Positions 9,409 to 18,951 of a DNA stretch of 64,000 nt are shown piece after piece. Origin of the DNA: a virus (lineage: Duplodnaviria > Heunggongvirae > Uroviricota > Caudoviricetes); the IMG/VR virus record IMGVR_UViG_3300044551_000118; one strand, given 5' to 3'. The notes below the pieces were generated by a model, which had not been told where the DNA came from, did not search any database, and saw only the letters and a program-made list of their open reading frames with translations. How positions within the stretch are numbered: the stretch's first letter is position 1; each line of letters opens with the position of its first letter. Made by a program: the position numbers and the translations under genes.

Positions 9409-9966
9409 ATGAGCGACACACAGCCAAGGAAGCCCGACGGGCGGTTCGACAACGACCCGAATGCAGGAGGCGACGACCTGCCGGCGCTGGTCGACCCGGC
9501 GGACGAGTGGGACGGCGGCATTCTGACCGGCCCAGGCAAGGCGCGCGACCCGCACGAGCTGGCCGCGGCCACGCCATTCATCGACAAGGCGAAGGCTGGC
9601 CGCATCTCGTCGCGCCTATCAGATGCGGGCGTAAGCGCGGGCGTCATCGGCGACGAGGAGACGCGGTTCGAGTCCTCGGGCGGGCTGGTCGTGAAGGCCG
9701 CGGGATCGCGCGGCGAGGCCACGGTGCAGGGGCGCTTGAAGTACTATAGCGTGAGCAGGCTCTCGCGGCGGCGCATGTCGCTCCGCGAGACCATCTCCCG
9801 CAAGGGCTTGTCGCACATGAACGAGCGCGCCCGCGTGGACTTCGGGCCCGACACCTATTACGAAACGGAAGAGCAGGCGGCGGATGCCGCCATCGCATGG
9901 TGCCGGGACGGCGAGCTGAGGCCGGGCGTTGGCAGGGACCATTACAGCGATATCAAGGGATTCTAG
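9409..9966 (+). CDS. hypothetical protein carrying the shared N-terminal 'RKPDGRFDxDPNAGxxDLPxL' module (family member 1)
   Basis: N-terminus MSDTQPRKPDGRFDNDPNAGGDDLPAL aligns with the N-termini of the genes at 45683, 48999 and 52659. The C-terminal ~150 aa has no recognisable domain. Confidence 0.6.
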   Translation: MSDTQPRKPDGRFDNDPNAGGDDLPALVDPADEWDGGILTGPGKARDPHELAAATPFIDKAKAGRISSRLSDAGVSAGVIGDEETRFESSGGLVVKAAGSRGEATVQGRLKYYSVSRLSRRRMSLRETISRKGLSHMNERARVDFGPDTYYETEEQAADAAIAWCRDGELRPGVGRDHYSDIKGF

Positions 9967-10415
9967 TCCACAGGCCTCGTGCCCACTCCGTCCTCGAGCC
10001 CTTTGACGGCGAGCTGGAGACGGGCGGCAAGGGCGCCGTCGTCCGCCATGCGTCTCATGCCGGATTGGGCGTTCTTCGCGCTGAGGTGTTTTCGCGCATC
10101 GCCGACGATGATGCCCAGCTCATGGCGGGCGTGGGCGTTTGCCCACCACGCATCGTCATGAGGCGTGTCGAAGTCGGCGCGCGCGATGACTTCGCCCGTG
10201 CGTATATCGCGCACTGCGATGGCCGTGCGGCTCGACAGATCGATGCCGTAGCGCTCGGAAATCGGGACGGGTCTGAATTCCAGATTGGCGAGTGTGCCGA
10301 AGTCCTCGTTTTCGAGGAAGCGGAGCGGGAATAGCGACGGGTCGAGAATCGCCCACGCCAGCGGCGGCAAGATGCTAATCGGAAGACGAAGGGCCTTCGG
10401 TCTGTTGACAGTCAT
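9963..10415 (-). CDS. hypothetical protein, tandem paralog A
   Basis: Shares the LPPLAWAI block and overall collinearity with the next gene. GC3 on the minus frame (~80%) exceeds that of the overlapping plus-strand ORF (~60%). The motif 'GIDLSSRTAIAVRD' is faintly reminiscent of RuvC/YqgF-type nucleases. Start chosen by alignment with paralog B. Confidence 0.4.
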   Translation of the reverse strand: MTVNRPKALRLPISILPPLAWAILDPSLFPLRFLENEDFGTLANLEFRPVPISERYGIDLSSRTAIAVRDIRTGEVIARADFDTPHDDAWWANAHARHELGIIVGDARKHLSAKNAQSGMRRMADDGALAARLQLAVKGLEDGVGTRPVD

Positions 10416-10542
10416 GCCCATGATCGTATCCGAGGGCATCTCCAGGGTCGGGATGCTGCGGCAAAGCATCGGAGAACGGATTGGCGTATACCGGCGTGCA
10501 GTCCGCCTTGGTGAATCCTATGAGCTTGCACATGCCGTCCGC

Positions 10543-10980
10543 CTATGCCACCGTTCCCTCGCCGTCGCCCCACTCATGCACCGCCAGCGGCAGTCGCGCC
10601 GCGCGCGCGCCGCTGCCCGCGAGCGAGAGCATCGCCATATCCACGTTCGCCGCGTGTTTGAACAGCGCGAGATTGCCCATGATGATGCCCAGCTCGCCCC
10701 GGGAGCGGGCGGCTCTGGCCCACTGCGGAGGATGGGCCTCTCTGAACGCGACCGAGAGGAACGCACTGCCGTCGGAGTCGATCAGCTTCAGCGCCCTGCG
10801 GTCCGCGAGGTCAGCGCCCAGCCCGCTCGCTATCGGCACGGGCTGCTTTTCCAAGGCGAACAGCGAGAGGAAGCCGTGCTCCTTCGCGAAGCCTGCGGGC
10901 AGCGCGGCATCGGAGACGATGGCCCACGCCAGCGGCGGCATCAGATCGACGGACAGACGGAGCGCGAGCATGCGGCTCAC
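10543..10980 (-). CDS. hypothetical protein, tandem paralog B
   Basis: 145 aa, paralogous to 9963..10415 (MPPLAWAIVSD..., ELGIIMGN... blocks conserved). Confidence 0.4.
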   Translation of the reverse strand: MSRMLALRLSVDLMPPLAWAIVSDAALPAGFAKEHGFLSLFALEKQPVPIASGLGADLADRRALKLIDSDGSAFLSVAFREAHPPQWARAARSRGELGIIMGNLALFKHAANVDMAMLSLAGSGARAARLPLAVHEWGDGEGTVA

Positions 10981-11261
10981 GATTTCGCCCCGTCGATCTC
11001 ACGGAAGAACGCATCCGCGTCGTCTACGACGTAGACCTTCTGCCCGCGCTTCTCCAGCCGCCTGTGGATGGCGAGCTGCGCGGGACGGGCCTTGCCGCCG
11101 GGCCTCTTGACCTCGACGAAGTAGAGGCGCCCGCCGGGAAGGAACACGATGCGGTCCGGCACGCCGGCGGTGCCCGAGCAGGCCCACTTGGCGGCCCAGC
11201 CGCCATGGCGCTTCGCCAGTTCGACTAGACGGAGCTCGACGGTGCGCTCGCGCGTCCTCAT
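10977..11261 (-). CDS. VRR-NUC domain nuclease
   Basis: 94 aa with 'GVPDRIVFLPGGRLYFVEVKRPGGKARPAQ', the PD-(D/E)XK VRR-NUC signature. Overlaps its neighbours by 4 nt at both ends, indicating an operon. Confidence 0.65.
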   Translation of the reverse strand: MRTRERTVELRLVELAKRHGGWAAKWACSGTAGVPDRIVFLPGGRLYFVEVKRPGGKARPAQLAIHRRLEKRGQKVYVVDDADAFFREIDGAKS

Positions 11262-11707
11262 GAGAAGAAGCCCTTCCTCTTGCGCTTCTCCCGGGCCGGG
11301 GGAGCGGGCATCGCGCGGAGGATGTTCGCCGCCGCGCTCATGCCGAGGGCATCGAGCACCTCGACGTCCATGCTCCCGGCCATCCGCTCGCGCTGGGCAT
11401 CGCCGAGCGTCTGGCGCTTCGCCAGCGCGCGGAGCACGACCGGCTCTTCGTCCCACGAGAGGTCCTCGATCAGATCGTCGGGCAGTCCGCTTCGCCCCGC
11501 GACCTCGGCGCGCACGGAAGCCGCGGAGTCGCGGGCCAGGTCGCCCAGCGCGCGGCTTCCGATCGCCACCATGCGGGCGGCGGCCCAGCGCACCGGCTCC
11601 GCATCGTCGTACGCGGCGCCGTCCGCATCCTTCGCTCCGGTCAGCACGCCGGTCGCATCGTCTACCCAAGTCATGCAGGTACGTATGCGTCGTGGGCGAA
11701 GAGGCAT
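11258..11707 (-). CDS. hypothetical protein
   Basis: 149-aa ORF translationally coupled to the VRR-NUC gene. Alternative start at 11674 (MTWVDD). Confidence 0.4.
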   Translation of the reverse strand: MPLRPRRIRTCMTWVDDATGVLTGAKDADGAAYDDAEPVRWAAARMVAIGSRALGDLARDSAASVRAEVAGRSGLPDDLIEDLSWDEEPVVLRALAKRQTLGDAQRERMAGSMDVEVLDALGMSAAANILRAMPAPPAREKRKRKGFFS

Positions 11708-11782
11708 CGAAGAGGAGAAGAAGCAAACATTCCCGATGTGCGCTTTCCGCGCTGGGAATCCGCTTCGACGAGCGGTTTTGCG

Positions 11783-12044
11783 CCGAATATGGGCACATGG
11801 GCCGTATGCAGTGACTAGTACCCGTATGCGTTTTTCGTTGTTTTTTCAACGAAAATGGGCGAAACTGCATACAGAACATACAGGTGCATACGGCCCATAT
11901 GCACCCCTCAGCCCTACTGCCAGTAGGGCTTTAGCCCCCCTGCATATGAGCATATGGTTTATAGAGGCTTTGGCATGTTTTACCCCTATTTCGGGGTCTC
12001 TATAGGAAAAGCCGTATGCATATGCAGTCTCGTGCTTTTCGGGG
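11783..12044 (+). repeat. structured ~260-bp repeat element, copy 1 (MITE-like)
   Basis: Near-identical to the copies at 16538, 17176 and 18581. AT-richer than its surroundings. Contains the palindromes GCATATGC and CCCTACTGCCAGTAGGG and a hairpin with a T6 loop. Confidence 0.7.
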
Positions 12045-12196
12045 CGGAATCGACGGCGAGAACGACGCCTCCTCTGTCGTCGCCCGCGTGCATCGCACAT
12101 CCCAAATCGATGCCTCGCGAGGACGGACGCCGCAGACGCATAGCGGCGAGCTGAACACCAAGATCGGTCGAATCCACGATTGAAGGAGATAGACAA

Positions 12197-15100
12197 GTGA
12201 AACAAGGAAAGGCGACACGCGCCGCGGCGCTGGGAGCCACGCTGGCGATGCTGGCGGGAGCGGGGGCAGTATCTCCCGCCGCACTGGCGGACCCGCGCGC
12301 CCAGGATCAGCCGGGCGATTCGGGCTCGAACCCGGGCACGGGATCCACGCACACGGTGACGTTCGATACCGGCGTGGACGGGCAGACCTACCCGCCGCAG
12401 ACGGTCAACGACGCGAACGCCGCGGACCTGCCGACGCCCACGAACGGGGGGTCCCGCTTCGACGGCTGGTACAGCGGCGAAACGAGGTATGACGACAGCA
12501 CCCCCATCACCCAGGATGTGACCCTCACGGCCCGCTGGTCGAAGGCGGTCATGGTGACCGTCGAGTACGGCAACGGCCAGGAGGACGTGAGCGTGCCTGC
12601 ATTCGAGCACGACCTCTTCTCGCTCCCCGCCACGCTCGACCGCGCCGGCTATCGGTTCACCGGCTGGTCGCCCGACCCGACTACGCCGCTGAGCGAGGAT
12701 ACGACCTTCACGGCCCAGTGGGTCGCCGTGCATCAGGTGACGTTCGACTCCGACGGCGGCTCCGCCGTCGACTCCCCGCAGAGCGTGGACGACGGCACTC
12801 CCATCGCCAAGCCTGACGACCCGACGAAGGACGGACAGCTCTTCTCGGGCTGGACGCTCGCCTCTACCGGCGCCCCCTACGACTTCAGCCAGCCGGTGAC
12901 CGGCGACCTGTCGCTCAGGGCGACGTGGCGCGACGCCGTGCATCAGGTGACGTTCGACGTGAACGGCGGCACGAGCGTCGACGCGCAGTCCGTGCCCGAC
13001 AGCCAGAGCGCCGCGAAGCCCGCCGACCCGACGAAGGCAGGCGCCCGCTTCGATGCGTGGCTGGATGCCCACGGCGATCCGTACGACTTCAGCCAGCCGG
13101 TGACCGGCGACGTGAGGCTGACCGCCAGGTGGGTGACCCAGCACACGGTGACGTTCGACACCGGGGATGGCGGCTCGCCCGTGCCCTCGCAGAGCGTGGA
13201 CGACAAGGGCACCGCCACGAAGCCCGCCGACCCGACCCGCGACGGCTTCCGCTTCGACGGCTGGGACTACGACTTCTCGGCTCCCGTGACCGGGGATGTG
13301 ACCGTCACAGCCAAGTGGCATGCACTGCACCACACGGTGACCTTCGACACGGGCGGCGGCAGCGCCATCGCGCCCAAGACCGTGGACGACGGCTCCGCCA
13401 TCGGCGCGATGCCCGCCAATCCGACCCGCGCGGGCTACCGCTTCGCAGGCTGGCTCGGGACCGACGGCAAGGCGTTCAACGCCTCGACGCCCATCACGGA
13501 TGACACGACCATCACCGCCAAGTGGGTGGCCCAGGTCACGGTGACGTTCGACCCCGCGGGCGGGGCACTGGCGGCTCCCGCCTCCCAGACCTTCGACGCG
13601 AACGCGAACGCCTCCAAGCCCGCCGACCCGACGAAGGAGGACAGCGAATTCCTCGGCTGGTTCGCGCCCGGCGCGAGCGCCCCGTTCGACTTCGCGAACA
13701 CTCCGGTGACCGCCGACCTCACGCTCACGGCCCGCTGGAAGGCGCTGCACCATATGGTGACGTTCGACGCCAAGGGCGGCAAGGTGGCGGGGCTGGCGAG
13801 CCTCAAGACCACCGTGGCGACCGGAAGCCCTGCGACGAAGCCCGAAGACCCGACGTGGGCTGCCCACCGCTTCGATGGCTGGTACGGCCCGGACGGCGCC
13901 AAGTACGACTTCGCAACCCCCGTGGACGACGACATCACGCTCACGGCCCGCTGGACCGCGCTCTACGACGTGACGTTCGACTCCGAAGGCGGCTCGCAGG
14001 TGGCTTCGCAGACCGTGCCCGACGGCGAAACGATCAAGCCCGTCGCCGACCCGGCCAAGGCTTGGAACGCCTTCCGGGGCTGGACGCTCGACGGGCGGCC
14101 GTTCGCCGCGACGACTCCGATCACGAAGTCCATCACGCTCAAGGCGACGTGGGCCCCGGCTTCGCTGACCGTCGTCGCCTTCGGCGCCCTTCCCGCCGAC
14201 GGCGTGAAGACGTTCAACAGCGACAAGCCGCTGCCCGCCTCGCTGACCGTCACCGACGGCACGGACAGCTTCACGGCGCCGCAGGTCTCTCTTACGCACG
14301 ACGACAGCCAGGCGTTCGGGCGGATCGTGGACACGGGCATCTACGCCCAGTCGGCGACGGGCGGACAGCCGAGCGCGAACGTGACCGTGGTCTCCACCCA
14401 GGGCTCCGCGCTGAACGTGGACGGCATCGCCTTCGCCCGGAATGGCGACGGCACATGGTCCGCGACCGTCTCCCGCGCGCTGGACAAGGGCAACGACTCC
14501 GCGAGCCGCACCATCGCCCTCTCGGACGGCACATCCGCCGACTGGACGTGGAACGCCCCCGCCGCGGCGGCGGGCTCGGGCTTCGTGGCCCGGCAGGGCA
14601 CGGCGACGTTCGCGCTGCCCAACGGACAGAAGGGCGTGGTGCACGTCAACGCGCAGCGCAGCTACGACGCCTCGCTCTCGCTGTCCGTGAGCCGCACGGA
14701 TGCGAGCGGCAATACGTCGGCCATCCCGGTCATGACCGGCACGGCCGATGCGCCGGGCGGCCCCTACGCGCTGGGCAAGCTGCCGCACTCCGCCATCTCG
14801 GATGCCTACCGCGTGTCCTACGCGGCCGGCCCCGACGTGACGGGCGTGGACGTCGCCCCGGGCCTGGGCGCGCACGGCGAGCGCACGTTCGCCGTGACCA
14901 TCCATTACCTGGATGCGAACGGTGCGGCGCAGACCTCGAACGCCTCCATCACGCTGCCCTTCGATGCGGCCTCCGCGCAGCCGAGCGCTCCGAGCTCCGC
15001 GGCCCTCAAGGCCATCCTGGTCAACGGGCAGCCGATCGCGGGCTGGAACCCCGACGTGCTCGACTACACCATCGTCGCCCCGGACGCCTCCACCACGTAT

Positions 15101-16111
15101 CTGGTGAGCCCGCAGGCGGGCGACGGGCAGAGCGTGGTCGCGGGCGACAGCGTGAAGTCCGCCTACGCCACCAAGCAGCTGTGGACGGTGACCGGGCCGG
15201 ACGGAGCGAAGCGCGCCTACTCGGTCACGGTCGTGCGCCCGCACACGACGCCCACCGCCGACGAGAAGTTCGTCCCCGCTCTCTCCAAGGACGTCGGCGG
15301 GAGCGAGGCCGCGCCGGATGCGACCTCCACGGCGCTCAGGTCCTACGGGTACGTGGACAAGGATGGCAAATACACGCCCGTCGCGGGCGGCTCGATGGTC
15401 ATCCCCGACGGGGGGACGTTCGCCTACGAGACGTACGCGGGACAGGTCGCCAAGGTCACCCGCACGAAGGTCTCGGGCACCACGTGGAGCTACGACGTGG
15501 ATGTGTTGAGCCCTGACGGGGCGCACGTGGCCCGCACCACCGTGAAGGCCACGTACGTCACCCCGGCCACGCACGCCGCGGCCCTCACGGGCGTCAAGTT
15601 CGACGGCGCGGCCCTGAAGGGCTTCGACCCGAACAGGCACGACTACACGGTGGGCGTGGACAACCCCGACCGCTACGTGATCACCCCGCTGTTCGACGCG
15701 ATGGACGGCATGAGCGTGTCCGTGCGCAAGACGGGCCATACCGCCACGGTCACCGTGACTAGCGCGGACGGCCTGACGGTCGCGGTCTACACGTTCCACG
15801 TGACCACCCGCGAGCTCGCAGACGCCATCAACGGCGTGAAGGGCGCCTCCGCCGCGCTGACCGGGAACGGCGATGCGCTTGCGCAGACCGGCGCGAAGCT
15901 CACGGTCGGCATGGTCGTCGGACTCGCCGCCGCCGCGATCCTCTGGGCGCTCGCCGGTCTCTCGCTGGCGCTTCGCCGCCATCTGAGGAAGTCCGAGGGC
16001 GAATCCGACGTGACGGACGAGGGCGCGCAGCCCGAGGCGGCGGGCGAAGAGCCTGAAGCCCCGGAGCCGGAGGTCCCGGACGAGAGTGCGGAAGGCGCAC
16101 CGGAGGAGTAA
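12197..16111 (+). CDS. LAxTG-anchored surface protein with Listeria-Bacteroides (Flg_new-type) repeats
   Basis: Signal peptide. At least 10 repeats of the 'TVTFDxxGG...PxDPTKxGxxFxGW' module, then Ig-like regions. C-terminal LAQTG + hydrophobic segment + RRHLRK, followed by an acidic tail. Confidence 0.8.
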   Translation: MKQGKATRAAALGATLAMLAGAGAVSPAALADPRAQDQPGDSGSNPGTGSTHTVTFDTGVDGQTYPPQTVNDANAADLPTPTNGGSRFDGWYSGETRYDDSTPITQDVTLTARWSKAVMVTVEYGNGQEDVSVPAFEHDLFSLPATLDRAGYRFTGWSPDPTTPLSEDTTFTAQWVAVHQVTFDSDGGSAVDSPQSVDDGTPIAKPDDPTKDGQLFSGWTLASTGAPYDFSQPVTGDLSLRATWRDAVHQVTFDVNGGTSVDAQSVPDSQSAAKPADPTKAGARFDAWLDAHGDPYDFSQPVTGDVRLTARWVTQHTVTFDTGDGGSPVPSQSVDDKGTATKPADPTRDGFRFDGWDYDFSAPVTGDVTVTAKWHALHHTVTFDTGGGSAIAPKTVDDGSAIGAMPANPTRAGYRFAGWLGTDGKAFNASTPITDDTTITAKWVAQVTVTFDPAGGALAAPASQTFDANANASKPADPTKEDSEFLGWFAPGASAPFDFANTPVTADLTLTARWKALHHMVTFDAKGGKVAGLASLKTTVATGSPATKPEDPTWAAHRFDGWYGPDGAKYDFATPVDDDITLTARWTALYDVTFDSEGGSQVASQTVPDGETIKPVADPAKAWNAFRGWTLDGRPFAATTPITKSITLKATWAPASLTVVAFGALPADGVKTFNSDKPLPASLTVTDGTDSFTAPQVSLTHDDSQAFGRIVDTGIYAQSATGGQPSANVTVVSTQGSALNVDGIAFARNGDGTWSATVSRALDKGNDSASRTIALSDGTSADWTWNAPAAAAGSGFVARQGTATFALPNGQKGVVHVNAQRSYDASLSLSVSRTDASGNTSAIPVMTGTADAPGGPYALGKLPHSAISDAYRVSYAAGPDVTGVDVAPGLGAHGERTFAVTIHYLDANGAAQTSNASITLPFDAASAQPSAPSSAALKAILVNGQPIAGWNPDVLDYTIVAPDASTTYLVSPQAGDGQSVVAGDSVKSAYATKQLWTVTGPDGAKRAYSVTVVRPHTTPTADEKFVPALSKDVGGSEAAPDATSTALRSYGYVDKDGKYTPVAGGSMVIPDGGTFAYETYAGQVAKVTRTKVSGTTWSYDVDVLSPDGAHVARTTVKATYVTPATHAAALTGVKFDGAALKGFDPNRHDYTVGVDNPDRYVITPLFDAMDGMSVSVRKTGHTATVTVTSADGLTVAVYTFHVTTRELADAINGVKGASAALTGNGDALAQTGAKLTVGMVVGLAAAAILWALAGLSLALRRHLRKSEGESDVTDEGAQPEAAGEEPEAPEPEVPDESAEGAPEE

Positions 16112-16130
16112 TCTCCTCCAGAGACAACGA

Positions 16131-16177
16131 AAAGCCCCGCAGCAAGCCCATATTGGGCCGCTGCGGGGCTTTTTTCG
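16131..16177. terminator. rho-independent terminator
   Basis: aaaagccccgcagc...gctgcggggctttttt: a perfect stem with a T-run immediately after the surface-protein stop. Confidence 0.6.
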
Positions 16178-16185
16178 TATTCTGG

Positions 16186-16464
16186 CTAGTTCTCTTCGGG
16201 TGCCATGCCCCCGGCCCGTACGCAGGCCGCCGCGGTCAGGGCGTTGAGCCTCGCCGCATCCCCCAGCCCCATGCCGGAGTTGGCCTGGGCGAACGCCTCG
16301 TCGAGAACGGCGCGATCGGGCGCGGGGAGCGCGGAGACGATGGAGCGGGCGCGGGCGAACAGCCGCGCGTCGGATGCGGAGCGCTCGCGCAGATCCATGA
16401 GCCGGGCCCCGCCGAGCCTGTTCACCGCTCGGGCCGCATTGTCGATGTCTGCAGTGCTTGTCAT
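16186..16464 (-). CDS. hypothetical small protein
   Basis: 92-aa ORF ending just outside the bidirectional terminator. Ala/Arg-rich. Weak support. Confidence 0.3.
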   Translation of the reverse strand: MTSTADIDNAARAVNRLGGARLMDLRERSASDARLFARARSIVSALPAPDRAVLDEAFAQANSGMGLGDAARLNALTAAACVRAGGMAPEEN

Positions 16465-16504
16465 GACGGGCAGTATGCGTCAGAGGCGGAGGCTTCGATT
16501 CAGG

Positions 16505-16800
16505 GCGCCGAAAGAGGCGATCTGGTACTTTATTGCTCCGAATATGGGCATGTGCGCCATATGCGCCGGCTAGCACCCGTATGCGTTTTTCGTTGTTTTT
16601 TCAACGAAAATGGGCGAAACTGCATACAGAACATACAGGTGCATACGGGCCATATGCACCCCTCATCCCTACTGCCAGTAGGGCTTTAGCCCCCCTGCAT
16701 ATGAGCATATGGTTTATAGAGGCTTTTATATGTTTAAGGGCTGTTTCGGGGGTTCCATAGGAAAAGCCGTATGCATATGCAGTCTCATTGTTTTCGGAGC
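16505..16800 (+). repeat. structured repeat element, copy 2 (with extended left flank shared with copy 4)
   Basis: Core 16538..16800 with terminal inverted repeat GCTCCGAA...TTCGGAGC. The extra ~33-bp left flank gcgccgaaagaggcgatctggtactttattgct is shared with 18548..18580. Confidence 0.7.
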
Positions 16801-17175
16801 TGAATCTGCAAGAAAAGCGCATGTCGCGGAAAAACGCCCATCCCGCTTTTCATCGGACCCGAAAAGATGCGAAGAGCAGTCAAGAAAGGAGCATCGCCTG
16901 CCGACGAAAATGCGCAAGTCCGAGGAACGCTCAGATGTGCCCTCCTCGGACTTGCGCGATCCGAAAACCACGAAAACGACTCTCCGCGACCCCGAGGAGC
17001 AATGCGGGCAAAATCTATCGCCTGTGACGCGAAAGCTCGTCAGAGGCCATTCTCGTAGCCCTCAGAGGCATGTCCGCGCTTCTTCGCCGTCGCACTGGGC
17101 AAGAGCATCTGCGAAAAGGGGGCCCGTTCTTCGAGAAGAAGGGCCCCGATGGCGCAGAGTCCAGAACTTTCAGCC

Positions 17176-17439
17176 TCGAATATGGGCATATGCGCCGTAT
17201 GCGCCGGCTAGCACCCGTATGCGTTTTTCGGCGTTTTTTCGCCGGAAATGGCGAAAACTGCATACGGAACATACAGCTGCATACGGGCCATATGCACCCC
17301 TTAGCCCTACTGCCAGTAGGGCTTTAGCCCCCCTGCATATGAGCATATGGTTTATAGGGGCTTTGGCGTGTTTAGGGGCTGTTTCGGGGGTTCCATAGGA
17401 AAAGCCGTATGCATATGCAGTCCCGTGCTTTTCGGGGCC
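17176..17439 (+). repeat. structured repeat element, copy 3
   Basis: Same architecture as the other copies. Carries the compensatory hairpin variant cggcg-tttttt-cgccg (other copies: cgttg-tttttt-caacg). Confidence 0.7.
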
Positions 17440-17557
17440 ATATCTACGAAAAAGAGGACGCCTCTGCATTCGTGGTCCAGAACTTTCGCAAATGCCGCCC
17501 TGCGAGCAATCTATCGCCCATGATGCGAAAGGACGCCACGGGCGATCCTCGCGCCTC

Positions 17558-18532
17558 TCAGCGCCCATCCAGCGCGGGCGGAAGGCGCCAGCCGGCGGCG
17601 GAGGGCAGCCCCAGCCGCGCGACGAGCGTATCCATGTTCGCGCGCATCCAGTCGCGTTCGGGGGGCGCGCCCTGTGCGACCGGCGCGAAGCCGTCATCGC
17701 AGGATATCCGCTCCAGCCAGCAGGACGCGGGCGCCGCGTGCATGCGCGGCTCCCCGGCGCAGGCGCGGTCCAGGCGCGAGAGCACGGAGCCGTCGCGCGT
17801 GGCGTCGAGCCAGCACACGTGGATATGCTCGCAGCCGGGGTGGGCCAGCGCCTGGCGCCAGCGCTGGAACTTGCCCTCGATGCCGGTCGTGCTGGCGGTC
17901 GTCTCCACGCACAGCGCGGTCGAGGCGTCCATGAGGATGGCATCGGGCCCGCCCCGGCCCATGAGCGCGTCGCCCGTCATGTCGCAGAACCGCCCGAACG
18001 CCTCGCCGTACGCGGCCCAGCCCTGCCGGACGCCAGCCAGTCCTATCTCGGCGCTCATGAGATTGTGCCGCTCGGCCTGCCGGGCGCGGTGATGAGGCCC
18101 GGGCCCGAGGGAGGCTATCTCGACGGGGGAGGCCCCCAGCGCTTCGAGCGCATCGTCGACGTCATGCACGGACAGGCGCAGCGCCATGAACGAGGCGCGG
18201 AACGGGCTGGCGGACATACGCCCGTCCGTGGATACTGGGAAGCCCGCCTCCAGGATCCCCGCCCCTATCAGATCGAGATAGAGCCGGGAGGCTGGCGTGG
18301 CAGGCACCGACGGGTCGAAGCGGCGCATCTGGCCGGTCTCCAGCGTCCGCCACGAGTGGACGAGCCGGATGGCGCGGAGCGTCTGCGCAAGGCGCGCCCG
18401 CAGCCTCGCCTCCGCTTCGGCACGCTCCGGCATCCAGCCCGGACGAGAGTCTTCGGACGGCTCCAGCCAGTTGAGGAAGGCCCCGGCGAGCCAGTGGGAG
18501 GGGTCGAAGGGATCGAAAATCTGCTGCGGCAT
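17558..18532 (-). CDS. hypothetical protein (single gene bracketed by two direct copies of the structured repeat)
   Basis: 324-aa ORF with high GC3 and no recognisable catalytic motif. Sits exactly between repeat copies 3 and 4. Confidence 0.45.
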   Translation of the reverse strand: MPQQIFDPFDPSHWLAGAFLNWLEPSEDSRPGWMPERAEAEARLRARLAQTLRAIRLVHSWRTLETGQMRRFDPSVPATPASRLYLDLIGAGILEAGFPVSTDGRMSASPFRASFMALRLSVHDVDDALEALGASPVEIASLGPGPHHRARQAERHNLMSAEIGLAGVRQGWAAYGEAFGRFCDMTGDALMGRGGPDAILMDASTALCVETTASTTGIEGKFQRWRQALAHPGCEHIHVCWLDATRDGSVLSRLDRACAGEPRMHAAPASCWLERISCDDGFAPVAQGAPPERDWMRANMDTLVARLGLPSAAGWRLPPALDGR

Positions 18533-18547
18533 GAGGGACGGCTATGC

Positions 18548-18845
18548 GGCGCCGAAAGAGGCGATCTGGTACTTTATTGCTCCGAATATGGGCATGTGCG
18601 CCATATGCGCCGGCTAGCACCCGTATGCGTTTTTCGTTGTTTTTTCAACGAAAATGGGCGAAACTGCATACAGAACATACAGGTGCATACGGGCCATATG
18701 CACCCCTCATCCCTACTGCCAGTAGGGCTTTAGCCCCCCTGCATATGAGCATATGGTTTATAGAGGCTTTTATATGTTTAAGGGCTGTTTCGGGGGTTCC
18801 ATAGGAAAAGCCGTATGCATATGCAGTTTCGCTGTTTTCGGGGCC
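18548..18845 (+). repeat. structured repeat element, copy 4
   Basis: Core 18581..18845 plus the shared left flank. Downstream flank contains GTCCAGAACTTTC, which is also present next to copies 2 and 3. Confidence 0.7.
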
Positions 18846-18951
18846 ATATCCGCGAAAAAGGGGATGTCGCGCCACTCGCAGTCCAGAACTTTCGGATGGC
18901 CTCGCCCCTAATCGAGGCCATCCTCGCACCTTCCGACGCATACCGCCCTTC

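Noticed and set aside
11846-16576. 1576-aa minus-strand ORF spanning the surface-protein gene
   Set aside because: It is exactly antisense to the 12197..16111 gene. Its translation is Arg/Gly/Ala-rich low-complexity sequence, which is the typical shadow ORF of a high-GC coding strand.
16505-18845. CRISPR array as an explanation for the regularly recurring ~260-bp elements
   Set aside because: The repeat units are ~260 bp with 380-1150-bp irregular, gene-containing spacers, and further copies are dispersed and inverted. There is no cas gene. This is not CRISPR-like.
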